DNA of 64,000 bases, taken from assembly GCA_021159365.1 (NCBI GenBank), contig JAGGRY010000003.1, forward strand, positions 385 to 64,384, in the 5' to 3' direction. Within the stretch, counting starts at the first letter, position 1; every line of letters starts with the position of its first letter. A program made the position numbers and the translations under genes. The notes beneath the pieces are model-generated. The model searched no databases, had not been told where the DNA came from, and saw only the letters and a list, made by a program, of their open reading frames with translations. This document shows positions 19,256-28,579 of the stretch, in pieces. This DNA is from Nitrososphaerota archaeon. Lineage in GTDB: Archaea; Thermoproteota; Nitrososphaeria_A; Caldarchaeales; Wolframiiraptoraceae.

Positions 19256-19831
19256 ATGGTGGAACTCATCAGGACCTTTATAGCCGTAGACTTCGACAAT
19301 CCAGAGATCGTTTCAAGGGCTCAAGAGGTTCAGAGAAGGCTTATGGAGTCTGGAGCTGTGATGAAGGCTGTTGAACCTCAAAATCTCCATACAACTCTCT
19401 GGTTCTTCGGAGAACTCGATAAAAGTAGGCTTCAACTGGTCTTAGATAACGCGAAGGAGATTGCGTTCAAGGCGTTTAAGGTAAATGTGAAGGGAGTAGG
19501 ATACTTTCCAGGAGGTAGAAGGGTTAACGTGATCTGGCTCGGAATAGATGATCCGACTAGAGGGCTGAGCTCGATAGTTGAGCAATTAAGGAATAGATTG
19601 ACGAGACTTGGATTCAAGTATGATGAGCGAGGATTCACCCCACATCTAACCATAGGCAGAGTTAAGCGAGTAAAAGATAAAGTGAGACTTCTCAAGGAAT
19701 TGGATCAATTAAAGGAGATGGTATTTGGGGAGCAGATCGTCGACAAGTTCAAGGTTAAGAAGAGCACCCTAACCCAGAGAGGACCAATCTATAGCGATCT
19801 CCTAGTAGTGGAGGCAAGGAATGGGGATTGA
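19256..19831 (+). CDS. thpR: RNA 2',3'-cyclic phosphodiesterase (2H / LigT family)
   Basis: 191 aa with two HxT motifs (NLHTTLWFFG and TPHLTIGR). Confidence 0.85.
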   Translation: MVELIRTFIAVDFDNPEIVSRAQEVQRRLMESGAVMKAVEPQNLHTTLWFFGELDKSRLQLVLDNAKEIAFKAFKVNVKGVGYFPGGRRVNVIWLGIDDPTRGLSSIVEQLRNRLTRLGFKYDERGFTPHLTIGRVKRVKDKVRLLKELDQLKEMVFGEQIVDKFKVKKSTLTQRGPIYSDLLVVEARNGD

Positions 19832-21225
19832 AGCTCGAAGAAGTTTTATCCGAGGCATTGAGAATCGTTAAGCCCACGAAAGCAGATGAATCTCTACTCA
19901 AAAATGTGGTTGATAGGATGAAGAATATACTAAAGGAAGAGACTTCGAGGGTTGAGGGAGTTCTCGGAATAAGTCTTGAAGGATCAGCTGCAAAGAACAC
20001 TTGGATAAAAGGAAGAGAGGAGGCGGACATATTCATCCACTTCGACAAAAATATTCCGAGAGATGAAATGGAGAGAAAGGTGATAGAGATAGGATTTAAG
20101 GCGATTGAGAGAGCGGGTGGAAAACCTAGACTGATGTACGCCGACCACCCATATGTTGAGGGAGTGATAAACGGAGTTACAGTCGATGTAGTTGCATGCT
20201 ATGATGTCGAACCCTTGAATTGGCTTAGCGCAACCGATAGAACCCCATATCACACGAGATATATCATCGAAAGGCTTAAGCCGGGACAAGAAGATCAAGT
20301 GAGGCTACTTAAGGGATTCATGACTGGATGCGGTGTTTATGGAGCTGAGATAAAGGTTAGGGGTTTCAGTGGATACTTAACCGAGCTTCTAGTCCTAAAT
20401 TATGGAGACTTCATGAATGTGATCAAAAACGCGGCGAATTGGAGGCCTCCAATAGTGATCGATCTTGAAGGATATTATAGATCCACTAAAGAGGTATTGG
20501 AGATGTTTAGGAATCAGCCGCTCATAGTCATCGATCCAGTTGACATGGGCAGAAATGTCGCTTCAGCCGTTTCTCTCACAAAGCTCTCCGAATTCATCCT
20601 CGCCTCAAAAATGTTCATCTCAAATCCATCATTAAACTTCTTCAAACCTCAAATCGAGAAACCAGCTATCAAAGATCTGAGGAGCTTGTCCGCTGGGAGA
20701 AACTTCCTATACATACTCTTTAAGCTTGAAGTAGAGAGACCTCCGGATGTTCTTTGGGGAGAGCTTAAGAAGAGTGAGGAGGGAATTAGAAGGGCCTTGG
20801 AGAGATTAGGGTTCAAGGTTTATAGAAGTGGCTCCTGGACCGATGAGACTGAACTCTGCCTCTTGATCCTTGAACTCGACACCCTCAAACTCCCAAACTT
20901 CACCATTCATAAGGGTCCGCCAATCCATCTAAACACTGTCGAAGATTTTATCAAGAAATGGTCCGGGAAAGCTATAGGGCCATGGGTTCAGGGTGATAGA
21001 CTTTATGTCTTAAAGAAGAGAGATGAAACCGACGTTGTGAAACTTCTCAAACAAGAACTCGACTTTAATAGGGTGGCGATTGCGAAGGGGTTGACGCCGT
21101 TAATAAGGAGCGCGAAGATAGATCATAGAGTTGATCGCTTGATTGAGTATGCTGCGGATAATCCACCTATGTTGAGCTTCATCAATTCATTTCTAAAGGC
21201 GAAGCCACCATTTATCCCGGATTAG
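19828..21225 (+). CDS. cca: CCA-adding tRNA nucleotidyltransferase (archaeal class I)
   Basis: 465 aa. LEGSAAKNTWIKG..ADIFIHF nucleotidyltransferase motif and the archaeal CCA body/tail. 4-nt overlap with thpR. Confidence 0.92.
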   Translation: MKLEEVLSEALRIVKPTKADESLLKNVVDRMKNILKEETSRVEGVLGISLEGSAAKNTWIKGREEADIFIHFDKNIPRDEMERKVIEIGFKAIERAGGKPRLMYADHPYVEGVINGVTVDVVACYDVEPLNWLSATDRTPYHTRYIIERLKPGQEDQVRLLKGFMTGCGVYGAEIKVRGFSGYLTELLVLNYGDFMNVIKNAANWRPPIVIDLEGYYRSTKEVLEMFRNQPLIVIDPVDMGRNVASAVSLTKLSEFILASKMFISNPSLNFFKPQIEKPAIKDLRSLSAGRNFLYILFKLEVERPPDVLWGELKKSEEGIRRALERLGFKVYRSGSWTDETELCLLILELDTLKLPNFTIHKGPPIHLNTVEDFIKKWSGKAIGPWVQGDRLYVLKKRDETDVVKLLKQELDFNRVAIAKGLTPLIRSAKIDHRVDRLIEYAADNPPMLSFINSFLKAKPPFIPD

Positions 21226-21226
21226 A

Positions 21227-21985
21227 GTGAAGTTCATGAAGCTGTTGATGTTGAGAGAACTCAAATACAATTCAAATCTCTTGCTTGAATTATCTTATCC
21301 GTCAAGAGACTTGGAATATGCGTTAATGATTTTCAAGGAACTTGAGGAGTGCGGGATCGATGGAATTTACATTAAAGTTGAGAGAGGCGGTGAATTACTT
21401 AAACTGGGTAAGGGTTATCGGGGAATGGTGTTTAAGGGGAGAATGAGCGGCGAAGACGTGGCGTTAAAGGTCTTAAGAACAGACTCTACCTTAAGAAATC
21501 TGGTCGAGGAAGCTGAAAACACTAAGCTCGCTAACAGCGTTGGAGTTGGTGCAAAACTAAGGGCTTCAAGTGACCATGTGATTGTCCTCGAATATGTGGA
21601 TGGAATGGATCTAGATACTTGGCTAAAGGAACTCGATGTTCATGAAGTTCGATTGTTGAAGAAGGTCTTGGCCTCATGCTTTAGGCAAGCGAGAATCCTT
21701 GACGAGATAAGGCTCGATCATGGAGAACTCAGCGATGCAAGACGACATATAATCCTGAGGAGAGATCTATCTCCAGTCATAATAGATTATGGAAAGGCGA
21801 GTAGGAGGCGGAGGCCATCAAACGTTACATCCTTCTTCAGCTATGTTACCTTTGGTCGACACGCCGGTAAGATCCTTCAAATGCTCGGATTGTCTAAGCC
21901 TCCAATAGATTATTCAAGAATGTATAAACTTAAGATGGATGAGCCCAGCTTCAACAAGCTCTTAAACTCGCTGAACTTAATTTAA
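21227..21985 (+). CDS. small protein-kinase-fold protein (Bud32/RIO-like, COG2112-type)
   Basis: 252 aa. G-loop GKGYRGMVFKG, VALKV lysine, hinge LEYVDG, catalytic-loop-like LDHGELSDARRHIIL, DYG in place of DFG. Starts 2 nt after the cca stop. Confidence 0.55.
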   Translation: MKFMKLLMLRELKYNSNLLLELSYPSRDLEYALMIFKELEECGIDGIYIKVERGGELLKLGKGYRGMVFKGRMSGEDVALKVLRTDSTLRNLVEEAENTKLANSVGVGAKLRASSDHVIVLEYVDGMDLDTWLKELDVHEVRLLKKVLASCFRQARILDEIRLDHGELSDARRHIILRRDLSPVIIDYGKASRRRRPSNVTSFFSYVTFGRHAGKILQMLGLSKPPIDYSRMYKLKMDEPSFNKLLNSLNLI

Positions 21986-21999
21986 GCGAGTTGAACACC

Positions 22000-22719
22000 A
22001 TGAAAGAGGAGAAGGATAAAATTAGATATGAAGTTTGGAGAAAGCTTGAAGAACTAGGTTTAGCAAGGTTTCCGAGACCCGTTTATGGCAGGATTCCAAA
22101 CTTCATTGGAGCCGAGAAGGCTGCTTCAAGACTCCTAAATCTAAGGGAGTATATCGATGCAAAAGTCGTTAAGGTCAGTCCAGATTCCCCTCAAAGATAT
22201 GTTAGATATAGGTGTCTACTAGATGGAAAGATCTTGATAATGCCCACCCCCAGGCTTAGGATGGGCTTCATGATACTCGATCCATCAAAGATTCCGAGGA
22301 GAATGCTTGAAAGAGCCTCAACGATTCGGGGAGCATTCAGGTATGGGAGAATAATAGATCCAGAAGAGATTCCGAAAGTCGACTTAATAGTCACGGGATC
22401 AGTGGCGGTTTCAAGAGATGGAATTAGGATAGGGAAGGGAGGAGGATATGGGGAACTTGAATACGCAATATTAAGAGAGTTTGGGAAAGTGGATGAGGAT
22501 ACACCTATAATGACAAACGTCCACGATATTCAAGTCTATGAAAGGCTTCCATCAGACCCATATGATCTAACCATGGACTACATCGCAACTCCCACGGATC
22601 TAATAAGGGTTAAGCGAAGGAGGAATCGGCCGAAAGGCATTTTGTGGAGTCTACTTGATGAGAAGAAGCTCAATGAGATACCCTTATTGAGGAGATTAAG
22701 AGAGGTTAGCTACCGATAG
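22000..22719 (+). CDS. 5-formyltetrahydrofolate cyclo-ligase family protein
   Basis: IPNFIGAE.., DLIVTGSVAV and GKGGGYGELEYAIL are MTHFS-family motifs. I prefer ATG 22000; the ORF-track TTG is at 21991. Confidence 0.7.
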   Translation: MKEEKDKIRYEVWRKLEELGLARFPRPVYGRIPNFIGAEKAASRLLNLREYIDAKVVKVSPDSPQRYVRYRCLLDGKILIMPTPRLRMGFMILDPSKIPRRMLERASTIRGAFRYGRIIDPEEIPKVDLIVTGSVAVSRDGIRIGKGGGYGELEYAILREFGKVDEDTPIMTNVHDIQVYERLPSDPYDLTMDYIATPTDLIRVKRRRNRPKGILWSLLDEKKLNEIPLLRRLREVSYR

Positions 22720-22761
22720 ACTCCATAAACAATATCCATTATAACTAGTTAAGCCGACCAT

Positions 22762-23274
22762 ATGCTAGAGATGTGGAGTAGAATAGCTGATAAGCTTAAG
22801 GAGTATCCGGCCAGAATCAAGGTCGTTAGATTGATGATAGAATATGGGTTAGGTGTAAGTGAGAATGGAAAAGTCGTTGTAGGACCAGTTGAGATAGCGG
22901 ACTCATCCCTTGCCAGAGCAGCTGGAGTAGATAGAAGGGTTGTAAGACAGACAATACAACAACTCTTAGGAGATCCGACCCTAAAGAGAATCTTCACGGG
23001 CCTAAAGCCCGCAGGCGCGTTCCTCGCCCCGATAGCTAAGGAACTTGGATACTCGGTGGTTGAGATAAGGGCCGATCCAGGCGCGGTCGGGGTCTTGGCG
23101 AATGCGGCCAAGATAATCGCCGATGAAGGAATAAGTATAAGGCAAGCTGTAGCAGAGGATCCAGAACTATTTCCTGAACCAAAGCTCATATTGGTGCTCG
23201 ATCGACCGCTATCTGGAGATGGTTTGAGTAAAATGCTGAGGATTCCAAACGTTAAGAGCGTGACGGCATATTGA
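22762..23274 (+). CDS. ACT-domain putative regulator of amino-acid metabolism (COG2150-like)
   Basis: 170 aa with an HTH-like N-terminal half and an ACT-like C-terminal half (VVEIRADPGAVGVLANAAKIIADEGISIRQ). The 193-aa opposite-strand ORF is S/L/T-rich and looks antisense. Confidence 0.5.
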   Translation: MLEMWSRIADKLKEYPARIKVVRLMIEYGLGVSENGKVVVGPVEIADSSLARAAGVDRRVVRQTIQQLLGDPTLKRIFTGLKPAGAFLAPIAKELGYSVVEIRADPGAVGVLANAAKIIADEGISIRQAVAEDPELFPEPKLILVLDRPLSGDGLSKMLRIPNVKSVTAY

Positions 23275-23341
23275 TTCATGATTTTGAGCGATCCCGAAAC
23301 TCTTGTCCACATTGGAGTAAAGTTTAACATAGATAAAATTC

Positions 23342-24034
23342 ATGAAGATGGAAGGGTTCATGACCTTGAAGCTTGTAATTGATGAGGAAGTTAGGAATCG
23401 ATTTCCAGACCTAAATGTGCTGTTAATGGAGCTGGACTCCGTCAGGGTTTCAGAATATTCCGAGGAACTTGAGGAATTTAAGTCAGAGATTTACGACAAA
23501 CTCAGAAAAAGGTATAGGCTCGAATCCCTAAAAGACGATCCACTCGTGAAGACTTATAGAAACTTCTTCTGGAGAATTGGAATAGATCCGACGAAGATAA
23601 GACCTGCCGCCGAAGCACTTCTTAGAAGAATATTAAGCGGAAGAGGAATTCCCAGAATAAACACCCTCGTAGACTCCTATAATCTCGCATCCGCCGAATC
23701 AGGAATAGCCTTAGCCGCCTTCGACTCAGAGAAGATAGATGGAGATATGATTATGAGATTTGCTAAAGAGGGTGAAGAGTTCCTCGGAATAGGTATGAGA
23801 AAACCGAAGATCTTAAGGGGTGGAGAGATAGTCGTAGCAGACTCAAGTAGACTCGTCGCCATCTATCCATATCGAGACGCTGAATATAGTAAAGTCACGT
23901 TAAAGACGGAAAAGGTATGCTTGATGATCTGCGGAGTTCCTGGAATAAGAATCGAGGTTCTCAAGAATGCGGGAAACCTTGCCGCAGACTACATTCTGAG
24001 ATTCTGCGGAGGAGAATTACTTAACGAGCTTTGA
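23342..24034 (+). CDS. stand-alone B3/B4 tRNA-binding domain protein (PheRS-beta B3/4-like, COG3382)
   Basis: 230 aa. YRNFFWRIGIDPTKIRPAAEALLRRILSGRGIPRINTLVDSYNLASAESGIALAAFD is the typical B3/4 core. Start may be the internal Met at about 23360. Confidence 0.6.
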   Translation: MKMEGFMTLKLVIDEEVRNRFPDLNVLLMELDSVRVSEYSEELEEFKSEIYDKLRKRYRLESLKDDPLVKTYRNFFWRIGIDPTKIRPAAEALLRRILSGRGIPRINTLVDSYNLASAESGIALAAFDSEKIDGDMIMRFAKEGEEFLGIGMRKPKILRGGEIVVADSSRLVAIYPYRDAEYSKVTLKTEKVCLMICGVPGIRIEVLKNAGNLAADYILRFCGGELLNEL

Positions 24035-24084
24035 GCTGGAAAAATCTTAAGTATGATAACGACATAATTATTGAGTGATCAGCT

Positions 24085-25932
24085 ATGTTAGGCGGATATA
24101 TGGGTAAAATACTCTGGGTTAACCTAACTACCGGAACTATTTCAACCGAGCCTATAAATGAAGAGCTGGCGAAGAAATATATCGGTGGAAAGGGCTATGC
24201 CGTGAAGATCCTCTACAACATAGCTAAGAGTTATGAAGAGAGGGGGGTTGATCTAAGAGACCTCAATCCACTCGGCCCGGAAAATGTCTTAATATTCGCT
24301 ACAGGTCCTGCAACAGGCTTCCCAGAAGTTCCATCATCTGGAAGATATCACATCATGGCCCTAAAGGCGCCTTTAACGGGATCGATCGGCAGCGGAAACT
24401 CTGGCGGAGAGTGGGGGCCATTCCTGAAGTTCGCTGGATATGACATGGTCGTCGTCCAAGGCGCTTCAAACACTCCAGTCTATCTCTCGATAACCGATGG
24501 AAAAGCTGAGCTTAGAGACGCCTCTCATGTCTGGGGGATGAATACATTTGACACGTGCAGAACTCTGAAGAGAGAAGTTGGAGGAAAGAATGTAAGCGTG
24601 CTATGCATAGGTCCAGCAGGAGAGAATCTGGTCTATTTTGCACCGGTGATAAATGATGAGCATAGAGCTGGTGGTAGGGGTGGACTTGGAGCAGTTATGG
24701 GATCAAAGAAGCTTAAGGCCGTGGTAGTTTCAGGGACTCAGAAACCTCAGGCAGCAAACCCCGAAAGGCTCAAGGAAGTTGGGAAGAAACTTCTCGAAAA
24801 GATTAAGACGAATCCGGTAACCGGCGACTCACTTCCAAAGCTTGGAACATCGGTCCTCGTAAAGGTGATTAATGGGGCTGGAATGCTTCCATACAAGAAT
24901 TGGCAGACTGGAGTAAATCCAGAGGCGGAGAAGATAAGCGGCGAGATCCTCGCTGAGAGATATCTCATTAGAAGAAGACCATGTTGGGGATGCCCAATAG
25001 GATGTGGAAGAGTTACAAGAGTCGAGAAAGGAGCGTTCCAAGTTCTCTACTCGGAGGGGCCAGAGTATGAAAGCATTTGGGCCCTCGGAAGCTGTACAGG
25101 AGTCTCGGATCTTGAAGCCATTATTAAGGCGAACCATTACTGTGATGAACTTGGATTAGATCCAATAAGCATGGGCTCGACGATAGCCTGCGCCATGGAA
25201 CTCGCGGAGAAGGGATGTATACCAGAGGAGACCTTACAAGGACTGGATCTAAAATTTGGAAATGCTGCTGCTCTGGTTGAAGCTGTTTGGAGAACAGCAT
25301 ATAAAGTTGGCTTCGGGAAATACTTGGCCCTAGGCTCTAAGAGGCTTGCGGAGATCTTTGGAAGACCTGAACTATCGATGAGCGTTAAAGGATTAGAGAT
25401 GCCGGCATATGATCCTAGAGGGGCTAAGGGAATAGGATTGGAATATGCTACATCAAATAGGGGTGGATGCCATGTAACAGGATACACTATTTCGCCTGAG
25501 ATCCTAGGAATTCCTGAAAAGATCGATCCGCTAACGCCAAAGGGTAAGGCGAAGTGGGTCAAGACCTTCCAGGACTTCACATGCGTCGTGAACTCCGCCG
25601 TAAATTGCCTCTTCACAACCTTCGCCCTCGGAGCAGAAGATTACGCCGCCTTCCTCTCAGCAATAATGGGAATCGACTACACGGCTGACGACATCATGAA
25701 GATAGGCGAGAGAATATACAATCTCGAAAGAGTCTTGGTCAATAAGCTTGGATTTGATGGAAAGGATGATACACTTCCACCGAGATTATTAAAGGAGCAG
25801 ATGCCTGAAGGACCTGCGAAGGGACATGTAGTTGAACTCGAAGAGATGAAGAAGGAGTATTATGAGCTTAGAGGATGGGTTGATGGGAAGCCCGCTTCGG
25901 AGAAGTTGAAGGAACTCGAGATAGAACTCTAA
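24085..25932 (+). CDS. aor: tungsten-containing aldehyde:ferredoxin oxidoreductase
   Basis: 615 aa. N-terminal GKILWVNLTTG, the CWGCPIGCG cluster region, and EYATSNRGGCH pterin-binding region. Confidence 0.93.
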   Translation: MLGGYMGKILWVNLTTGTISTEPINEELAKKYIGGKGYAVKILYNIAKSYEERGVDLRDLNPLGPENVLIFATGPATGFPEVPSSGRYHIMALKAPLTGSIGSGNSGGEWGPFLKFAGYDMVVVQGASNTPVYLSITDGKAELRDASHVWGMNTFDTCRTLKREVGGKNVSVLCIGPAGENLVYFAPVINDEHRAGGRGGLGAVMGSKKLKAVVVSGTQKPQAANPERLKEVGKKLLEKIKTNPVTGDSLPKLGTSVLVKVINGAGMLPYKNWQTGVNPEAEKISGEILAERYLIRRRPCWGCPIGCGRVTRVEKGAFQVLYSEGPEYESIWALGSCTGVSDLEAIIKANHYCDELGLDPISMGSTIACAMELAEKGCIPEETLQGLDLKFGNAAALVEAVWRTAYKVGFGKYLALGSKRLAEIFGRPELSMSVKGLEMPAYDPRGAKGIGLEYATSNRGGCHVTGYTISPEILGIPEKIDPLTPKGKAKWVKTFQDFTCVVNSAVNCLFTTFALGAEDYAAFLSAIMGIDYTADDIMKIGERIYNLERVLVNKLGFDGKDDTLPPRLLKEQMPEGPAKGHVVELEEMKKEYYELRGWVDGKPASEKLKELEIEL

Positions 25933-25979
25933 ATAAGGATAATCTTAATCCCATACCTCCTCATTTTATTTTGTGAAAA

Positions 25980-27269
25980 ATGGGCCGCGACTTTGATCTT
26001 AGAAATCTACACATAGAGGTTACCACTAGATGTAACCTCAACTGCATCTATTGTCTGAGAAGATTTTGGTCAGGCTACGAGCCTAGGGACATGGAATTCA
26101 ACACATATCTCAGAATATTGGATCAAGCTGAGGGATTAGAGAGGATAAATCTATATGGATTTGGGGAGCCGTTCATGAATCCCAGAATACTGGACATGAT
26201 ATACCATGCGAGGAGATCCTTTAAGGATTCAAAAATATTCCTGAGCACAAACGGAATGCTCCTCAACGAATCGATCATAGAGAAGGCCGTCGAACGTGGA
26301 TTAGACTCAATAGCTGTCTCAGTCGACACGATCAACCTACAGCAACTCAAGAAGATCCGGGTTGGATCGGGTCCACGAGTCTTGAAATCGCTTAGCGATC
26401 TCTGTAGGATCGGTAGGAGGATTCTGCCGGAGCTGGAGATAGGGATTGAGTGTGTGATCTTGAAGCATGGAATCGAGGAGCTTCCAAAAGTAGTGGAATA
26501 TGCTGCGGACATGGGAGTGGATTACGTCCAAGTGAGCCACGTTGTTCCATATTCGAAACAAATCTACGAGTACGCGTGCTATACATGTGTGAGCGAGAAA
26601 GTCATATCTCTACTCCGAGGGGATCGGTTGAGAAAGCTTTGCGAGATCCGCGACAAAGCGTCCCTTCAAGCCCTACTGTTACTACATGGTGGGTCAAGGA
26701 CAACCCATGAACTCAAGAAATACTTTGAGATCGTAAAAGACTTGACGTCGCATGGATATACTGCTAACCTAACGGCCCTCTGTGAAGAGCAGCACAAGAT
26801 ACATTTGACGCTGAGAGTTAAAGAAGCGTTGAGGCGGGTGCGTGAAGTCGCGGAGGATTATGGGGTGGAGATCAGGCTTCCCAAAATATTCTCAGATGCC
26901 GCCGACAGATCATGTCCATATGAGGAGAAACATTCAATCTATGTGAGGAGGGATGGGAAGATCGCTCCGTGCATGGAGCTGGCCTATACTCATCCCGAAT
27001 ACGTCAATTCCCATAACAAGCAAGTCTATGAATACTTGGTCGGAGATATTAGAGCTGAGAGCCTATCAAGGATCTTATCAAATGAGAGATTTGAGAGATT
27101 AAGGGAGATGAGGAAAGATCTGACCCATAGCTGCCCATGGTGCGGAGACTGTCCATATTCCGAGCTCGAATGCTGGTTCGTGAAGGATAATCTACTCGAC
27201 TGCTATGGAAACTCTCCATCATGCTCTGAATGTCTATACAGCGTCGGCTTGGCTTCATGCATAATTTGA
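25980..27269 (+). CDS. radical SAM/SPASM-type maturase associated with tungsten oxidoreductases (cmo-like)
   Basis: 429 aa. TTRCNLNCIYC radical-SAM motif and Cys-rich C-terminus CPWCGDCPYSELECW..CYGNSPSCSECLYS. Immediately downstream of aor. Confidence 0.7.
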   Translation: MGRDFDLRNLHIEVTTRCNLNCIYCLRRFWSGYEPRDMEFNTYLRILDQAEGLERINLYGFGEPFMNPRILDMIYHARRSFKDSKIFLSTNGMLLNESIIEKAVERGLDSIAVSVDTINLQQLKKIRVGSGPRVLKSLSDLCRIGRRILPELEIGIECVILKHGIEELPKVVEYAADMGVDYVQVSHVVPYSKQIYEYACYTCVSEKVISLLRGDRLRKLCEIRDKASLQALLLLHGGSRTTHELKKYFEIVKDLTSHGYTANLTALCEEQHKIHLTLRVKEALRRVREVAEDYGVEIRLPKIFSDAADRSCPYEEKHSIYVRRDGKIAPCMELAYTHPEYVNSHNKQVYEYLVGDIRAESLSRILSNERFERLREMRKDLTHSCPWCGDCPYSELECWFVKDNLLDCYGNSPSCSECLYSVGLASCII

Positions 27270-27293
27270 TCTAATCTTATGCTATGAATTAGA

Positions 27294-28490
27294 TCATGTT
27301 TCCCCAGACCTCTCAAGTCTTCCAAAGTTCCATAGACCTCTATTCATGATTATATCCTTCAAAATATTCCTAGCATAATCTTCATCCAAGTTTAGTAGGA
27401 GGGCGGCGAGATGTTTACAAAGCTTAAATTCCAGTCTAACTCGCTCCCAATCAGCACAATCATGTAAGATCAATCTCCTATCAAGATCTATGATCACCCC
27501 ATACTCCTTTACCTCGGCGCTCAGATAGTTTTCAGACTGCTCCAAGATTCTGATCAAATTCTTATCCATCTTCTCAGCCCTCCTAAGCCTGGATTCGCTT
27601 ACCAAGATCTTCAGCAAATCTCTGAGATTGCTTGGAAGCTTTTCAGGAGATATATAGATCGATAGAGATTCAACGGGTTTGGCAGGCTTAGCCAGATTCT
27701 TCTCAACTTCTTCCAAAATCTCCTTTTGCGCAGGAGTTATTATTCCGAGGATCTCAAGAACTTGGAGACAGTTATGGACGGCATATCCGTGGAAGTGGTT
27801 ATTGAAGTATCCATAGACTACATCGACTTTATCGCTCAGCTCATTCAATTTATCCTTCCAAGGCTCAAGCTCCTCCCTACTGTAATGATAATTGTACCAT
27901 GGGTTCACTCCTCTTCCATGCCATCTAACATATGAGAAATCGGTGGTTACATGTAGTTCCGGTGGAAGCAGCGGCTCATCCACTATTGTATATGCAACTT
28001 CATATCTTGATAAGAGGTTAAGGGAATTCTCCCTGAGCCATGATGGATCCCTGAACTCCACGGCAAATCTATAATCCTTTGGAAGAATCTTGAGGAAATT
28101 TTTCAAAAGGTCTCCATGCTTATCATAAGTGAAGCTCGGAGGAAGCTGGATCAGGAGGACTCCAAGCTTTCCAGAACTGCTTAACGGCTTGAGGATTTCA
28201 AGAAATCGATTAAGATCTTCTTCGATACCCTCTGACAAGCTGAGCTTCTTCTTATGGGTTATCAGCCTCGGAATCTTAGCGGAGAATATGAAATTCTCTG
28301 GAACGACTTTCTCCATGGATACTATTACTCTTGGATCCGGATATGAATAGAATGTTGAATCAATCTCAACGGTCTCAAATGTCCTTGAATATCTGTAGAG
28401 CTTACCCTCATTAGAGCTTCGATAGAAAACTCCGACCCAATCCTCATAACTCCATCCACTGGTACCTAAGAGAATCTTGGCCAAGCCCAT
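27294..28490 (-). CDS. DUF72 (UPF0759/YecE-like) protein with C-terminal SWIM-like zinc-finger extension
   Basis: 398 aa. ILLGTSGWSYEDWVGVFY..FETVEIDSTFY..PENFIFSAKIPRLITH is the DUF72 core (about 240 aa). The extra 150 aa end with LILHDCADWERVRLEFKLCKHLAALLL (HxC..CxH, SWIM-like; nt 27411-27464). Confidence 0.75.
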   Translation of the reverse strand: MGLAKILLGTSGWSYEDWVGVFYRSSNEGKLYRYSRTFETVEIDSTFYSYPDPRVIVSMEKVVPENFIFSAKIPRLITHKKKLSLSEGIEEDLNRFLEILKPLSSSGKLGVLLIQLPPSFTYDKHGDLLKNFLKILPKDYRFAVEFRDPSWLRENSLNLLSRYEVAYTIVDEPLLPPELHVTTDFSYVRWHGRGVNPWYNYHYSREELEPWKDKLNELSDKVDVVYGYFNNHFHGYAVHNCLQVLEILGIITPAQKEILEEVEKNLAKPAKPVESLSIYISPEKLPSNLRDLLKILVSESRLRRAEKMDKNLIRILEQSENYLSAEVKEYGVIIDLDRRLILHDCADWERVRLEFKLCKHLAALLLNLDEDYARNILKDIIMNRGLWNFGRLERSGET

Positions 28491-28579
28491 CGATTTATGG
28501 TCGGGGCCAAATTTAAATCAAGCACTAAAACAGCATCTGAACTTTAACTCAAATACTCCTCGAGTATATCTTAAGAGAT

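Noticed and set aside
22749-23330. 193-aa minus-strand ORF completely covering the ACT-regulator gene
   Set aside because: Its composition is Ser/Leu/Thr/Pro-rich and low-complexity, as expected for the antisense of a K/E/G-rich gene. The plus-strand product has recognisable domain-like segments.
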